64,000 nt of DNA from Nibricoccus sp. (GTDB taxonomy: Bacteria > Verrucomicrobiota > Verrucomicrobiia > Opitutales > Opitutaceae): positions 2,048,001-2,112,000 of the forward strand of contig JASGHG010000001.1 of the NCBI GenBank assembly GCA_047602425.1, in the 5' to 3' direction. The position numbers were made by a program, and so were the translations under genes. Within the stretch, counting starts at the first letter, position 1, and every line of letters begins with the position of its first letter. This document shows, piece by piece, positions 46,401 through 56,299 of the stretch. A model generated the notes under the pieces. The model worked only from the letters and a program-made list of their open reading frames with translations. It was not told the origin of the DNA and searched no databases.

Positions 46401-49049
46401 CGTGCGAGGTGAATCAAGCACCACGGAAATGTCGGTCGTAAGGTCCATACCGCTGAAGTCCGCCGTGGCGCTCGTGCCACCGGCAACGCCGCCCCAAGCG
46501 GGATCCCAGTTTGCCGCGACGCTCCAGAGGTTGCCGGATTCGTCATTAATCCAGACGCCGCTTCCAGGGAGGCGCATGGCGTAGAATTGCCCACCCGTGT
46601 AGGTGCCGGAGCTGACCGTGTTGCCGGCCAGATCATTGATCGTCGAGTTGGCCTTGCGGTCGAGGCGAAGGGTGCCGTCGCCGCCTGCGCCCGTCACCGT
46701 CACATCATAAACCGAACTGTTAATTTGAACCAGCGAGGCAATGGCGCCGGTCATTCCCGTGCCCGTGGCGGTGAGTGTGAAATCTCCCGTATCCACACCC
46801 GTGACCGCCTCGGCAAAGGTCACACGGTAAACCAGTGTGCTCGAAAGCGTGCTCGCGGTGGATGGATTGCGCCGCGTGATGGAATTGATTGTCGGCGCGA
46901 CGGTGTCGACGGTGACCGTCAATGGAGCTGAAGCCGGACTGGAACTTCCGCTAAGCGTAGCCGTTGCAGTGAACTTATAAACGCCGGACGCAAGTGTGGT
47001 CCCAGTGTAGTTGAACGAGAAAGTTCCGGACGCCGTGGCCGTAACCGAACCGATCACTCCTGTGCCAACTCGGGTGATCGTCACAACAGAGCCTGCAGGA
47101 GCGGTGCCATTGAGAAAGAGCGAGGTGTCTTTGGTGATGAAGTCATTCGTCGGGGTGCCCGTGTCGTCAACAATGGCGGTGAAGACCGGCGGCGCGACCG
47201 TCGTATCGATCAAGTAAGCCGCGGAAGCCGAACCTGTGTTACCCGCCAAATCCGTCGCGATTGCCGTGAACGAGTATGCGCCAGGTGAAAGCGCCGCACC
47301 GGTGTAGGCCGCGCTCCATGCGCCCAGGCCGTCAGTGACGGCGGAGCCAACGGCTGTGCCGTCGAGCCATACTGTAATGGTCGCGTTTGCTTCAGCCGTA
47401 CCGGAGAAAACCATGCTCGGCGTGGTCACGATGCTGGTGATCGAGGGCGCGGCAGCCGCGACCGTATCGATCTTGACCACATAGACCGGCGTGGCCGGTG
47501 AAGATTTTCCGCCACCGAGGTCCGCCACCGCATAAAACGCATAGTAGCGATCGGCCAGCACCGTGCCGGTGTAATCGAATGTCCATTGTCCCGCGCCGTC
47601 CGCGAGGACGGTGCCGATCAAGCCGGTATCGACACGATAAATTGAAACTGCATTGCCGGCAGCGGCGGTGCCTTTGACGAAAACGGTTTGATCCGATGTC
47701 ACGCCGTCGGTGGTCGAGGCGCCGGAATCGCTCACAATCCCGGTTATAGCCGCGCCGGGAACACCGGTCACCGCCAGAGAATTAATGTAGTGTTCGAGAT
47801 TAGTATAGCCGTCTGCATTGAGGACGTTGTTGTCGGCAACGAGTGGATCGGTGCCGGCAGCCTGCTCCCACCAATCGGGCATGCCATCGCTGTCGATGTC
47901 GGTGGGGGCAAGCCCGCCGTTCAGCGTGCCAATGCCGCCCACTTCACTCTCGTTGAAAATTTGCGCTCCGGTCGTGCCGTACGAAAGCACTTCGTTGACC
48001 ATATAGGTATCCACGGAGTCACGACTGCGCGAGGCGCCTGAGTAGGTCAGCACTTGTTGCAAAGCCTGCGCGGGAGAGAGCGTCGTCGCGGGTGCGGGAT
48101 AGGCAAAGGCGGTTGGCACCATCTGGAGCGTCGGGAAATCCGCGTCGGTCACAGGAATGGCATCGAGCACGCCGTCGAGGTTGGTGTCCTGAAGGTTGTT
48201 GTTGTGATAAAGGCGGTAGTTGAGATTACCGGTTTTAAATGGTGAGGTGCCCACGCCGGAATTCGGGCCGCCGATGAAATAGCAGCCGATCATGTTGGCA
48301 AAAGTATCGCCCGCAGAATCACCCGCCGGGATATAGCCGCCGCCGCTGCCCCAGTTGTAGACGACGTTGTTGATGTAGTCGTTCACACCCTTGACCTTCG
48401 GATTGCGCATCCAGTTGTCCGCATAGAGCGTGCGGAAAATGCTTACGCCGCCGCTTGTCTGGATAAGACCGCCAGCCGAATGGATCAGCAGGCCCTGGCC
48501 GATGATGCTGTCCTGGATCGTGATGTTGCTGATCGGGGATCCGCTGACTGAAAACGTTTCATCGCGTCCCCAAGAAGCGGATACATGGTCAAAAATCATG
48601 TCGTGCCCCGAGGCGATGCCCACGGTGTCCGTGCCGCTGTCTCCGTTGATACCCTCGCGAAAACGCATGTAACGACAGATGGTGTTATTGGCATCCGAAA
48701 ACGAGATGCGGTTGCCGTAAAGCGCGATACCATCGCCCGGCGCGGTCTGGCCGGCAATGGTGATGTTGGCTTTCACGACCACCGGGGAGGTGATGCGGAT
48801 GATTCCGCCCACGTCGAAAACCACCGTGCGTCCCGGGGCGCTTACGGCGTCGCGAAAGGAACCGGTGCCGGAATCGTTGAGATTGGTCACGTGATAAACG
48901 GTGCCGCCACGGCCGCCGACGGCATTGGCACCGAACCCTTCGGCACCGGGAAACGCCGGGACAGCGGACAGGCTTCCGGCGGACAATAACATTGCACAAG
49001 CTGCGCTCAGACTGAGGCGCAGCGCGGAGAGAACACGCGAAGTATTCAT
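43476..49049 (-). CDS. large secreted pectate-lyase-like (PL1) multidomain protein: Ig-like repeats, autotransporter-associated repeats, putative Ig/MBG domains, C-terminal beta-solenoid
   Basis: Signal peptide, AFPGAEGFG...GGRGG.VY.VTNLND.G.GSFRDA, IAGQTAPG.GI, IFDHVSASWG.DE, D.DSDGMPDWWE, DTVAP Ig repeats, LPPGL.LD..TGVISG. Confidence 0.85.
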   Translation of the reverse strand: MNTSRVLSALRLSLSAACAMLLSAGSLSAVPAFPGAEGFGANAVGGRGGTVYHVTNLNDSGTGSFRDAVSAPGRTVVFDVGGIIRITSPVVVKANITIAGQTAPGDGIALYGNRISFSDANNTICRYMRFREGINGDSGTDTVGIASGHDMIFDHVSASWGRDETFSVSGSPISNITIQDSIIGQGLLIHSAGGLIQTSGGVSIFRTLYADNWMRNPKVKGVNDYINNVVYNWGSGGGYIPAGDSAGDTFANMIGCYFIGGPNSGVGTSPFKTGNLNYRLYHNNNLQDTNLDGVLDAIPVTDADFPTLQMVPTAFAYPAPATTLSPAQALQQVLTYSGASRSRDSVDTYMVNEVLSYGTTGAQIFNESEVGGIGTLNGGLAPTDIDSDGMPDWWEQAAGTDPLVADNNVLNADGYTNLEHYINSLAVTGVPGAAITGIVSDSGASTTDGVTSDQTVFVKGTAAAGNAVSIYRVDTGLIGTVLADGAGQWTFDYTGTVLADRYYAFYAVADLGGGKSSPATPVYVVKIDTVAAAAPSITSIVTTPSMVFSGTAEANATITVWLDGTAVGSAVTDGLGAWSAAYTGAALSPGAYSFTAIATDLAGNTGSASAAYLIDTTVAPPVFTAIVDDTGTPTNDFITKDTSLFLNGTAPAGSVVTITRVGTGVIGSVTATASGTFSFNYTGTTLASGVYKFTATATLSGSSSPASAPLTVTVDTVAPTINSITRRNPSTASTLSSTLVYRVTFAEAVTGVDTGDFTLTATGTGMTGAIASLVQINSSVYDVTVTGAGGDGTLRLDRKANSTINDLAGNTVSSGTYTGGQFYAMRLPGSGVWINDESGNLWSVAANWDPAWGGVAGGTSATADFSGMDLTTDISVVLDSPRTVGRLITGDVDFSSPASWTITNGGNSANTLTLASAGTPTIQIDGATTPTGDTADVPAANATPTILDASLVCATGWTKTGVGTLKLTQPNPQLTGALTITKGIVEVGEGGSFTPASVAIATSQQLRISGGSFSTPGNITLTSGTGTGVWVSGGTAAFKKIIPSNARNAWVRVTGGVMTADDITFQRSGDSEAQTVNTGVLIGGGESTVGTIGLGTGNSWGGMTVSGGKLTVTGVVHNGYQVTSTRGGVIYVSGGELNVLDSAYGLIMSRNPGTNANNVSKLLITGGATNLARLTLGYDSTVTAGSATVSIATGELNLGSGGIVKNGTSGLNSSVTLNSGVLGAIASWGTTHPIALAGTPADSAIRAGDANGSAFDIVLGGSLTGTGGFSKTGLGTLNLAGTNTFTGDVSVDAGTLLVSGVVGAGGNVTVNNGGKLVVTGTLNRGIALGDGGTIAPGVAGLGEVTGSSLTWNSGGSVSVNLDTGSDGLVISGALLKGTAGSYSFACTTGPAFAAGNVYTVGTFGSTDFNAADFSATGLPAGFAASFALVGNTLQMTIVGTPFITSATAADGMYGTPFSYAITAGNVPTSFSASSLPPGLALDTATGVISGIPSAAGTYTLEIGATNIAGTGNAMLTITIAKAPATVTLSDLLRSYTGQPLNPTATTAPADLNVAFTYDGLTSSPTYPGTYAVTATIDEANYEGSATGSFKIAATATVRHAPTLNGDVDGSVQMIAGEWVTLNGGAMVSLDLLVSGLPTVRLNGSPTYGGTLDFTGIETPNNYGVTLNGGAVLRHAVRRVDAPALPVVAAVPQPAGTRYVYLNKATDPIGDFATLRNLTLNGAIGAVAIPAGTYGDLTSNGNNTFVLGVAGATEPAVYNLQRLTMNGNSTIQIVGPVVLRLANGVNFNGAGASGAADQPFTLEIANGDLTLNGSVSLSASVVIPNGRVTINGSAKLTGRVAADNLTLNGNGLLIDPGL

Positions 49050-49285
49050 AGAGGTGGGAGGTCTAGGCCAGGGTGATGAAGCCTGGTTGGGGAACAGTTG
49101 AAACAGACGGGGGTTGAAGCGAAAGGCCGCCACGCACTAGACACGTCCGATGCGAATCAGTTCGCCTCCCTTCCACACACAACGCATGCGAAAACAGGAA
49201 ACGATAAATCGACAGCAGAGGTGAGAGGAGTGTGGCGCGAAAACGGAAGCCCTGCCCTTCCTGTGCGTCAACGGCAAACTCCGCC

Positions 49286-50446
49286 TTATTGCTGGACAGT
49301 CAGCACGCTCAACAACTCGTCAGCTGTGAGCACAAGTGGGTTCGCTTTCATGCTGCTGGCCTGCTGCGCCTGAGAGACTATTTCATGAAAATTCCCTAAC
49401 CTCACGCCGTAAGCAGCTAGCGTTGGGATTTTAAGCTTCGCGACGAGCGCTTCGATGTGGCGGACACCGGCTTCGGGCTTCGCCTTCGCGCGACCTGTGA
49501 GCCAACTGGCGATTTCACCGTACCGTAACAACGCCCGACTCTCCGGCGCACGCGCGCGCAAAGCCGCAATATTTGCCGCCATCACCGGCGCGAGCAACGT
49601 GCCGCAGACCGCTCCGTGTGGCGCGGAAAACATGCCGCCAATCGGTCCGGCAAATCCATGCACAGCGCCGAGCCCGGCATTCGCCAGCGCGATTCCGCTC
49701 CACATCGCCGCCTGCGATAAATCCGTACGCGAAGCGATATCGCGAGGATTGGCCCACACCAAATGCAACGCTCGCACGGCGCGCGGAATTCCACTCGCGC
49801 ACAACGGATCGACCATGGGGTGCGCCCGATTGCAAACGTAGGCTTCGATCAACTGCGTGAGCGCATCCATGCCCGTCGCGGCGGTGATGGCGGGCGGCAA
49901 ATCCAGTGTCAGCTCGGGGTCGATCAAAGCCGCCCGCGCCAACAAATGCGAACTGCGCAAGCTCACCTTCACCCGACGCTCGGGCACCGCCAGCACGGCA
50001 TTGCGCGTAACCTCGGCTCCCGTTCCCGCCGTCGTCGGAATCGCCAGCCAGGGCAACGCCGGATTTTTCAAAGGCTTTCCCGCGCCCACCACTTCGAGAT
50101 AGTCGAGCACTGCGCCCGGGTTGGTCGACAGACCCGCTATGGCCTTCGCAGTGTCGATCACACTGCCACCGCCAAAACCGACAATCAATTCCGCCTGCAC
50201 CGCGCGCGCCGCCGCCAGTCCTTGCGCGACGGTGTCGATCGATGGCTCGTGCGCGACAGTAAATAACGTCACGTCGATGCCAACGCTCACCAACACCTTC
50301 ACCAGATAATCGGCCCGCGCCGGGTTGCGTCCGGTTACAACGAGCGCTCGCTTGCCCCAGGGGCGTACCAATTTCCCTGCCTCGCTGAGCGTCCCGGCCC
50401 CGAAAACAATTTGCGAGGCCGTCGCGTATTCGAAACGTGTACTCAT
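49286..50446 (-). CDS. iron-containing alcohol dehydrogenase
   Basis: GFGGGSVIDTAKA, PTTAGTGAEVT, GMDALTQLIE, GLGAVHG...HG. Confidence 0.93.
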   Translation of the reverse strand: MSTRFEYATASQIVFGAGTLSEAGKLVRPWGKRALVVTGRNPARADYLVKVLVSVGIDVTLFTVAHEPSIDTVAQGLAAARAVQAELIVGFGGGSVIDTAKAIAGLSTNPGAVLDYLEVVGAGKPLKNPALPWLAIPTTAGTGAEVTRNAVLAVPERRVKVSLRSSHLLARAALIDPELTLDLPPAITAATGMDALTQLIEAYVCNRAHPMVDPLCASGIPRAVRALHLVWANPRDIASRTDLSQAAMWSGIALANAGLGAVHGFAGPIGGMFSAPHGAVCGTLLAPVMAANIAALRARAPESRALLRYGEIASWLTGRAKAKPEAGVRHIEALVAKLKIPTLAAYGVRLGNFHEIVSQAQQASSMKANPLVLTADELLSVLTVQQ

Positions 50447-50468
50447 CCGCAGAAAATCCGTCGCCTCT

Positions 50469-50774
50469 TCACCACGCTGAATCTTCGGGAAACAAATTCG
50501 CGCACTTCGTACTCGTGCGCGTCGATGCCATCATCGCATTCACCGTATCGCGCCAAGTCGCATAGTGCGCCGTCTCACGATGAGCCGCATGTCCCGCCGC
50601 ATCGTGATAAGCTTCGATCAACACGAAGCGCGAAGGATCGTCGTTTTGCTGGCAGACGTCGAAGCGTGCGCAGCCCGGTTCCTGCATGCTCGCCATGGCA
50701 TTGGCCAGCGTCGCCTTCTTAAACGTCTCGATATATTCCGCCTTCACGTGAACATTAACCAATAGGATCAACAT
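50469..50774 (-). CDS. ABM-family (LsrG/YgiN-like) monooxygenase/isomerase
   Basis: [26 protein letters not shown]. Confidence 0.88.
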   Translation of the reverse strand: MLILLVNVHVKAEYIETFKKATLANAMASMQEPGCARFDVCQQNDDPSRFVLIEAYHDAAGHAAHRETAHYATWRDTVNAMMASTRTSTKCANLFPEDSAW

Positions 50775-50864
50775 AAATTTTGCGTCATCCATGACATGTG
50801 TGCGCCCTGACGACAAGCCCCGGCCGCCAGGAAAGTTTTCCCACCGTCAGATTGTTCCGCTCGC

Positions 50865-53360
50865 TCAACGCCGATTCGTCGCGGCCCGCACGTCCTTTAA
50901 CATTTCCGACGGCAACAATTCCGTCGCCAGGCGCATGATTTCCGGACGACTCGCGCCTTCACCGGTGTCCTGGGCAAACAAAACGAAGCACAACAGCGTA
51001 TTCGCGTTCAACCTGCGCAAACCAGCTTCGTCGGCCGTGTTCACACAAAGGCGAATTTGTTTTCGCATTCCGTCGATGTCACCCGCCGTCGCCAGCACGG
51101 TGGCCAAACCGATCCGGTCATCCAGAGCCAAAGCATCCGTCTGCCCCTGGAGCGAAACAATCCTGCCGAGGCTCGCTTGAAACGCCTCCTTGTGTTCCAG
51201 CGAAAGCTGCACTTGGGCGAGCGCAACCCACCCGGGCAAATAATCCGGAAAATGACGAACCAATATACCGAGAAATTTTTCCGCGGGTTCTCGCTCGCCA
51301 CGTTCAAACACCATTTGCCCGTAACGCAACGCCGCTTCCTCGCGACTTTGCTCGGGCACCACTTCGTAAACCAACACGAAATCGTCCTTCAACGCCTCCA
51401 TCTCCGGCGCAGGATAGTAGACCGGTCGCAGCCAGAAAGGACAACCATGCCCTTTCGACAAACGCGCTTGAAATGTATTATCGGGCGCTTCCTCCCCTCG
51501 CCTGAGCCCCAGCGCCAGCCGGCTCGATTCCGCCGCAAACGCGTCCCATGACACCACCACGATGTGAGTGATGCCATGCCGCACGACCAGATCGTGTGCG
51601 ACTTCATCCTTCGTCGTGCTGAAAATATCCACCATCGAGTGCAGACCGTCTTTATTTTCCCAATACAATGTGCCCACGCCTTTAAATCCGCCAAAATAGA
51701 TCAATGCGGTCGTCGCACTCGGCCCGCCGAGAACAACCCCGCCCCGAGCACCTTCCCGCGCCCGCAGCCACCGCGCCAGGTCGCGCATCACACCCAACCG
51801 CAGATTCAGCTTCGCAAAACCTTTCGCACCCCGAACCAACGACACACCGGTAGCGGCCGTTTGGTACATCCACGGCAAAACCGTCGCCAGCGCAAGTACC
51901 GCCAGTGCGATTTTTGCACCACGAGAAAAACGCGGCCGCGCCTCGTTTATTGCAGCCATCCCCGCGACTTGAACCAACACAACCAGCCAGAGCGCACAGC
52001 TTTCCCCCGACCAACGCACTTGGTAAAGTGCCAGCCCAAAAAACACCATGGCCGGGCCCAATACGAGCGCTAGTCGAACCTTATGGACCGCGCTTATTTC
52101 GCTGCGGAATATGCGCCAGCAAAGAATGCCGGCCAAAATCGGCAACGGACTAAAAGTCATCAACCAACGCGAGGGCGCCACATCCGCCAACCTCCTAAAC
52201 ACGCTGCAAAACTCTATAATGTAGTCGCGATGCAGCGCCCACAACAGCCGGTCTCCGACCCAGAATGTGCTGTCGCCCGCCAAAAAAATGGTCGCCGGCA
52301 ACAAAACGACGCCAGCTATCGCCAAGAGAGCGAGTACCTGTTCCTTGCCCGGCTTCGCAAAACCACCGCCCGTCAGCCAACGCGTCAGACGAAAAAGCAA
52401 CTCGCCGCCGCCCAACCAAGCGATTGCGTAAAACGGGTGATTTACCTCCAACCGCATTCCCATATGCGATGGAAAGTATTCCAACAGATAAAAGAAAGCC
52501 GAACTCGCCGCTCCCGCGATACCCCACCAACGCCAAAGTTCGGGCACTTGTTTCAGCTGAGATTTTACGCTTTGCAATTTATGCCCTAACCACCAAACAC
52601 CGCCCATTACGCCCACTGCAATACCGATCAAAACCGGAACCTGTGTTGCCGAGCTCACCCAGAGCCCCGCGCCGCCCGCTATACCGGAGGCAATAAACCA
52701 ACGTCGCGAAGCCTTGGTATCATCGCCGTCGACCCATCCGCCACCGCCATAGAGCAGAAATAAAACAGTGAGCATCCCGAATGCCGCTACAAGACCGTGA
52801 TGATCCGGATCACCCATGGTGAACATTTCGGCGAACGGTCCAACCACAACCAGTCCGAGCACGAGCACGCCGGCCGCCACTCCACCATTCCGGCGCCAAA
52901 CCATCGGCACCAGCGTCACCAAAAGAAGGAGCTGCAACAAGGGGCTCGCCCACACCGCCGCTTGTTCGACTGCAATGGGAGTTGGATTTCCACCGAACGC
53001 GCTAAACAACCATGCCAACCCGCCAAGCCACCAGTGGATGCTGGAACTCCAGTGAACCTCGCGGCCTTCGGGATGGTTGTCGTAATCCACGGAACGCACA
53101 CGCAGGTCTCCCTTCGCCAGCATGGATTGTGTCTGCATCGCCCAATGAAAACCATCCGGTGAGAGCATTTCGCTCCGTTGCCCAAATTGGTAACCCGTTG
53201 GCGACCGAATGTCGCGCTTCACTGGATGCAAACTCTGTTGTTCCAGCGCCACGATGTCGCGACGAATGGCGGCGAGTTCGACATTTCGCATCACAAACAA
53301 AGCCAGCACCACGCTCACCGTGATCAAGCAGAGCTTCTTTGATGCGAGTGGCAAATTCAT
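50865..53360 (-). CDS. STT3/AglB-like GT-C membrane glycosyltransferase with C-terminal TPR-like helices
   Basis: SPDGFHW, D.DNHPEGREVHW, GDPDHHG, YIIEF motifs and about 13 TMs. Confidence 0.6.
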   Translation of the reverse strand: MNLPLASKKLCLITVSVVLALFVMRNVELAAIRRDIVALEQQSLHPVKRDIRSPTGYQFGQRSEMLSPDGFHWAMQTQSMLAKGDLRVRSVDYDNHPEGREVHWSSSIHWWLGGLAWLFSAFGGNPTPIAVEQAAVWASPLLQLLLLVTLVPMVWRRNGGVAAGVLVLGLVVVGPFAEMFTMGDPDHHGLVAAFGMLTVLFLLYGGGGWVDGDDTKASRRWFIASGIAGGAGLWVSSATQVPVLIGIAVGVMGGVWWLGHKLQSVKSQLKQVPELWRWWGIAGAASSAFFYLLEYFPSHMGMRLEVNHPFYAIAWLGGGELLFRLTRWLTGGGFAKPGKEQVLALLAIAGVVLLPATIFLAGDSTFWVGDRLLWALHRDYIIEFCSVFRRLADVAPSRWLMTFSPLPILAGILCWRIFRSEISAVHKVRLALVLGPAMVFFGLALYQVRWSGESCALWLVVLVQVAGMAAINEARPRFSRGAKIALAVLALATVLPWMYQTAATGVSLVRGAKGFAKLNLRLGVMRDLARWLRAREGARGGVVLGGPSATTALIYFGGFKGVGTLYWENKDGLHSMVDIFSTTKDEVAHDLVVRHGITHIVVVSWDAFAAESSRLALGLRRGEEAPDNTFQARLSKGHGCPFWLRPVYYPAPEMEALKDDFVLVYEVVPEQSREEAALRYGQMVFERGEREPAEKFLGILVRHFPDYLPGWVALAQVQLSLEHKEAFQASLGRIVSLQGQTDALALDDRIGLATVLATAGDIDGMRKQIRLCVNTADEAGLRRLNANTLLCFVLFAQDTGEGASRPEIMRLATELLPSEMLKDVRAATNRR

Positions 53361-53565
53361 GTCTGCCGCAGTGTGGGTTTGTTGCGCAAGCAGGCAAGCG
53401 CTCACCGGTGCTGTCGCCATGCAACTTCAACCAGAAGCGTTCCGCCTGAGATTGCAACGCGCCGTCAGGCCACCCCAAAAGGCGATCGGAACGAGCGGCA
53501 TCGATAAAACAACACTCCGCGAAAAACCAAAGCCGCTAACAATGCTTCGCCCGACTATTTTTTGA

Positions 53566-53596
53566 CCTAGCTTTTTTTAAAACGAAAAAAGCTAGG
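53566..53596. other. inverted repeat downstream of the MCP gene
   Basis: CCTAGCTTTTTT-N7-AAAAAAGCTAGG. Confidence 0.6.
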
Positions 53597-53624
53597 CCCC
53601 TTCTTCCTGTAGAAACAAATCTGG

Positions 53625-55682
53625 TCAGACGTCTTTGAAAAAGCGTTCTGAATCCTCGCCGCCGTGGGCAGGGGGCGTCGGGTGGCTATTCCGATTAGGG
53701 ATAGGGCCGTGATCGGCCTTCACCGATTTCGCCGCATGGCGGCCATTTTCAGAGGGAGTTGCCTGAACTCGCGCAGCGGTAGGCGGACGCGCTCCTTTTG
53801 GAGCAGCTGGCGCCCGCCGGGCAGAGGTCGTCTTGGCAGCGGTCGCGGCTTTACGCACTGGAGCAGTTTCGTCGTGTGCAACGGCAAGCTCATTGCCGCC
53901 GTTCACCATTTGAATGAGTTCGCGGATGACGCCTTTTAGCTGGTCGGTCTGGTTGTTGAGCTCGGCGGCGGCGGCGCTGGTTTCCTCGGCGGTGGCGGCG
54001 TTGGCTTGCGTGACGCTGTCCATGTCGGAAACCGCACGCGAAACTTGATCGATGCCCTGACTTTGCTCCTGCGAAGCGACGGCAATTTCGGCAATCAACT
54101 CGTCCACTTGGCGCGCCTTCGCCGTGATTTCATCGAGGCTCTTCGCAACTTTATCGCTGATTTTGGCGCCTTGCTCGCTCTTGGCGGTGGAATCGGAAAT
54201 TTTCTGCGCCGTTTCCCGAGCGGCCTGCACGCTGCGTTGAGCGAGCGAGCGAACTTCCTCGGCGACGACCGCGAATCCGAGACCGGCTTCGCCTGCGCGA
54301 GCCGCTTCAACGGCGGCGTTGAGCGCAAGAAGATTGGTCTGAAATGCAATTTCGTCGATGGTCTTGATGATCTTCGAAACTTCCACGCTGGAGGCCTGAA
54401 TCGCGCTCATGGCGGTTTTCATTTCCTTCATGTCGTCAGAACCTGCGTCGGCAGCCGCGCGTGTCTGATTGGCGAGAGCTTTGGCGGATTGCGCGTTCTC
54501 GGCATTCTTCCGCGTCATGCCGGCCATTTCCTCAAGGGAGGCGGAGCTTTCTTCGAGCGCAGCAGCCTGGCGAGAGGATCCTTCGGCCATGCTTTGGCTG
54601 GCGGTGGTAACTTGGTTGGCGGCGGCGGCAGTGTGCTCGGCCCCACCCGTAAGCCGGGTGGTGAGCGCGCGAATCGGACGGTTAACGCTCGAAATGATCC
54701 ACCAAGCGCCAGCAAGGCCAAGGATTACGCCGGCAACGCTGAAAATTAGAACAAGGCCTTGGTTCTTTTTCTTAACATTGATGGCCTCAACATCGAGTTT
54801 GTCCTGAAGCTCACGCAGGGAGCCACGGACTCTGCCGATCTTTTCAGTAATTCGGGGCGCGAGTTTTTCGAGAGAATCTTTAACGATGGAAGAGCTGCTG
54901 TCGGTGACGGCGACAACTTTGTCGAAACCGGCGAGGTAGGCGGTGGTATTTTCCTGAAGTTGCTTCAGCAATTTCATCTTCGCCGGATCGGCGAGGCTGG
55001 CGTCGAGCATTTCGGCTTCCTTCAGCTCTTTTTCGATGGTGGTGAGCTGCTTTTGCATCGCGGTGAAGGACTCACGCGCCTTGGCGACGTGGGCTTTGTC
55101 ACGCGTGAGGAGAAAACTATTCACCGAGGCGAGGCCTTCGAAGAAATTTTGGAGGGAAGAAGAGGTTTTGAACGAGGCGCTTTGATCGCCACTTTGCCGG
55201 GCGGCCACAAGCATGCCTTTCAATGCATCACTGATGGCGGCGGAGCGGGGATCGAGTGTGTTGGCCACTTCTTTCTGGCGGTCGTGAAACAAGCCCACGA
55301 TGCGGCGGTACGCAGCATCGTAATCGACCAGCAGCTTGAGCGCGTCATTGAGTTCCTGTGCGAGTTCGCCGCGGTTTTGCAGATCGCGTTGTGCATCGGC
55401 GACGGCGCCATCGACGGCTTTTTTGGAGCGGTCGTATTCAGCGATGCTTTCGTCGCTGCCGGAGAGGAGAAATTCGTTAATGCTCATCCTGAGGCCGAGA
55501 ATCGAGGCCTCAAGTTTGGTGATGGAATTTGTTTCCCCCGTGCTTTTCGAAAACTCGTTCATGCTCCGGCCCGCCTGATTCATCGCGTAGTAGGCCAGGC
55601 CGGCGACAAAAGCGAGCAACACGAGGACGAGAGCAAATCCAGAGGTGATTCTCTGGCCAATGGTAAGCGATGATAGTTTCAC
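53625..55682 (-). CDS. methyl-accepting chemotaxis protein
   Basis: Two TMs around a large helical periplasmic domain; [33 protein letters not shown]. Confidence 0.96.
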   Translation of the reverse strand: MKLSSLTIGQRITSGFALVLVLLAFVAGLAYYAMNQAGRSMNEFSKSTGETNSITKLEASILGLRMSINEFLLSGSDESIAEYDRSKKAVDGAVADAQRDLQNRGELAQELNDALKLLVDYDAAYRRIVGLFHDRQKEVANTLDPRSAAISDALKGMLVAARQSGDQSASFKTSSSLQNFFEGLASVNSFLLTRDKAHVAKARESFTAMQKQLTTIEKELKEAEMLDASLADPAKMKLLKQLQENTTAYLAGFDKVVAVTDSSSSIVKDSLEKLAPRITEKIGRVRGSLRELQDKLDVEAINVKKKNQGLVLIFSVAGVILGLAGAWWIISSVNRPIRALTTRLTGGAEHTAAAANQVTTASQSMAEGSSRQAAALEESSASLEEMAGMTRKNAENAQSAKALANQTRAAADAGSDDMKEMKTAMSAIQASSVEVSKIIKTIDEIAFQTNLLALNAAVEAARAGEAGLGFAVVAEEVRSLAQRSVQAARETAQKISDSTAKSEQGAKISDKVAKSLDEITAKARQVDELIAEIAVASQEQSQGIDQVSRAVSDMDSVTQANAATAEETSAAAAELNNQTDQLKGVIRELIQMVNGGNELAVAHDETAPVRKAATAAKTTSARRAPAAPKGARPPTAARVQATPSENGRHAAKSVKADHGPIPNRNSHPTPPAHGGEDSERFFKDV

Positions 55683-55709
55683 GGTAATAAAGCTGGCTGG
55701 GAGGACTGG

Positions 55710-56081
55710 TTAGTCTTCGAGATTAAAACGGATCGGAACGGTGACCTTCATTTTGACCGGAACACCGTCTTTCTGCGCCGGCTTGAATTTCCATTTCTTC
55801 ACGGCCTCCATCGCAGGAGTCTCAAACTCGGGTTGGGAAGACTTCGCCACGGTCGTGCTGACCACGGAGCCTTTCTCATCGATCACAATTGAAACAGCCA
55901 CCACGCCGGACACGCCCTGCCGCTTCATTGCATCCGGATAGTCCGGTGGCGGGGTTTTTACCGGAACGGGGTTAACATCAACTTTTGTGTAGATGGTGTC
56001 GTCTGCCGCAGCCGTGAGCGGCAACAGCGCCAGTGCAATGACGACGCCGAGACAGGTTTTGCGGAAAGCGATGAGGTCCAT
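55710..56081 (-). CDS. secreted stand-alone TonB C-terminal domain protein
   Basis: Signal peptide, P.YP...G.SG.V.V..VIDEKG.V, A..AV.KWKFKPA.KDG.PV. Confidence 0.88.
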   Translation of the reverse strand: MDLIAFRKTCLGVVIALALLPLTAAADDTIYTKVDVNPVPVKTPPPDYPDAMKRQGVSGVVAVSIVIDEKGSVVSTTVAKSSQPEFETPAMEAVKKWKFKPAQKDGVPVKMKVTVPIRFNLED

Positions 56082-56099
56082 GGGGAGCAGGTGGTTGAA

Positions 56100-56126
56100 C
56101 TATCGGCACCAAGGGGGTTCTACTTA
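56100..56126 (-). promoter_or_regulatory. sigma28 (FliA)-type promoter
   Basis: Minus strand TAAG-N15-GCCGATAG upstream of the TonB_C-MCP genes. Confidence 0.75.
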
Positions 56127-56239
56127 AATGCGGGAATGCCCATGACATACCTTTAAAATAGGCCGCCCATTGCCTAATGCATCCTTTTTGCATGTAAGTC
56201 TCCTTCCTTAATGGCTTTAAGATAGATTCTTATATAACG

Positions 56240-56266
56240 AAAAACCCGCTCAGGGGTGTGAGCGGG
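56240..56266 (-). terminator. Rho-independent terminator
   Basis: CCCGCTCA-N6-TGAGCGGG with an A5 run on the + side. Confidence 0.75.
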
Positions 56267-56299
56267 GGCCAAATTATATGAGCTACTTGCGCGGAGTAG

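Noticed and set aside
49050..49285. Possible riboswitch in the long leader of the pectate-lyase-like gene
   Set aside because: No recognisable c-di-GMP, TPP, cobalamin or SAM consensus by eye; an Rfam scan would be needed to exclude one
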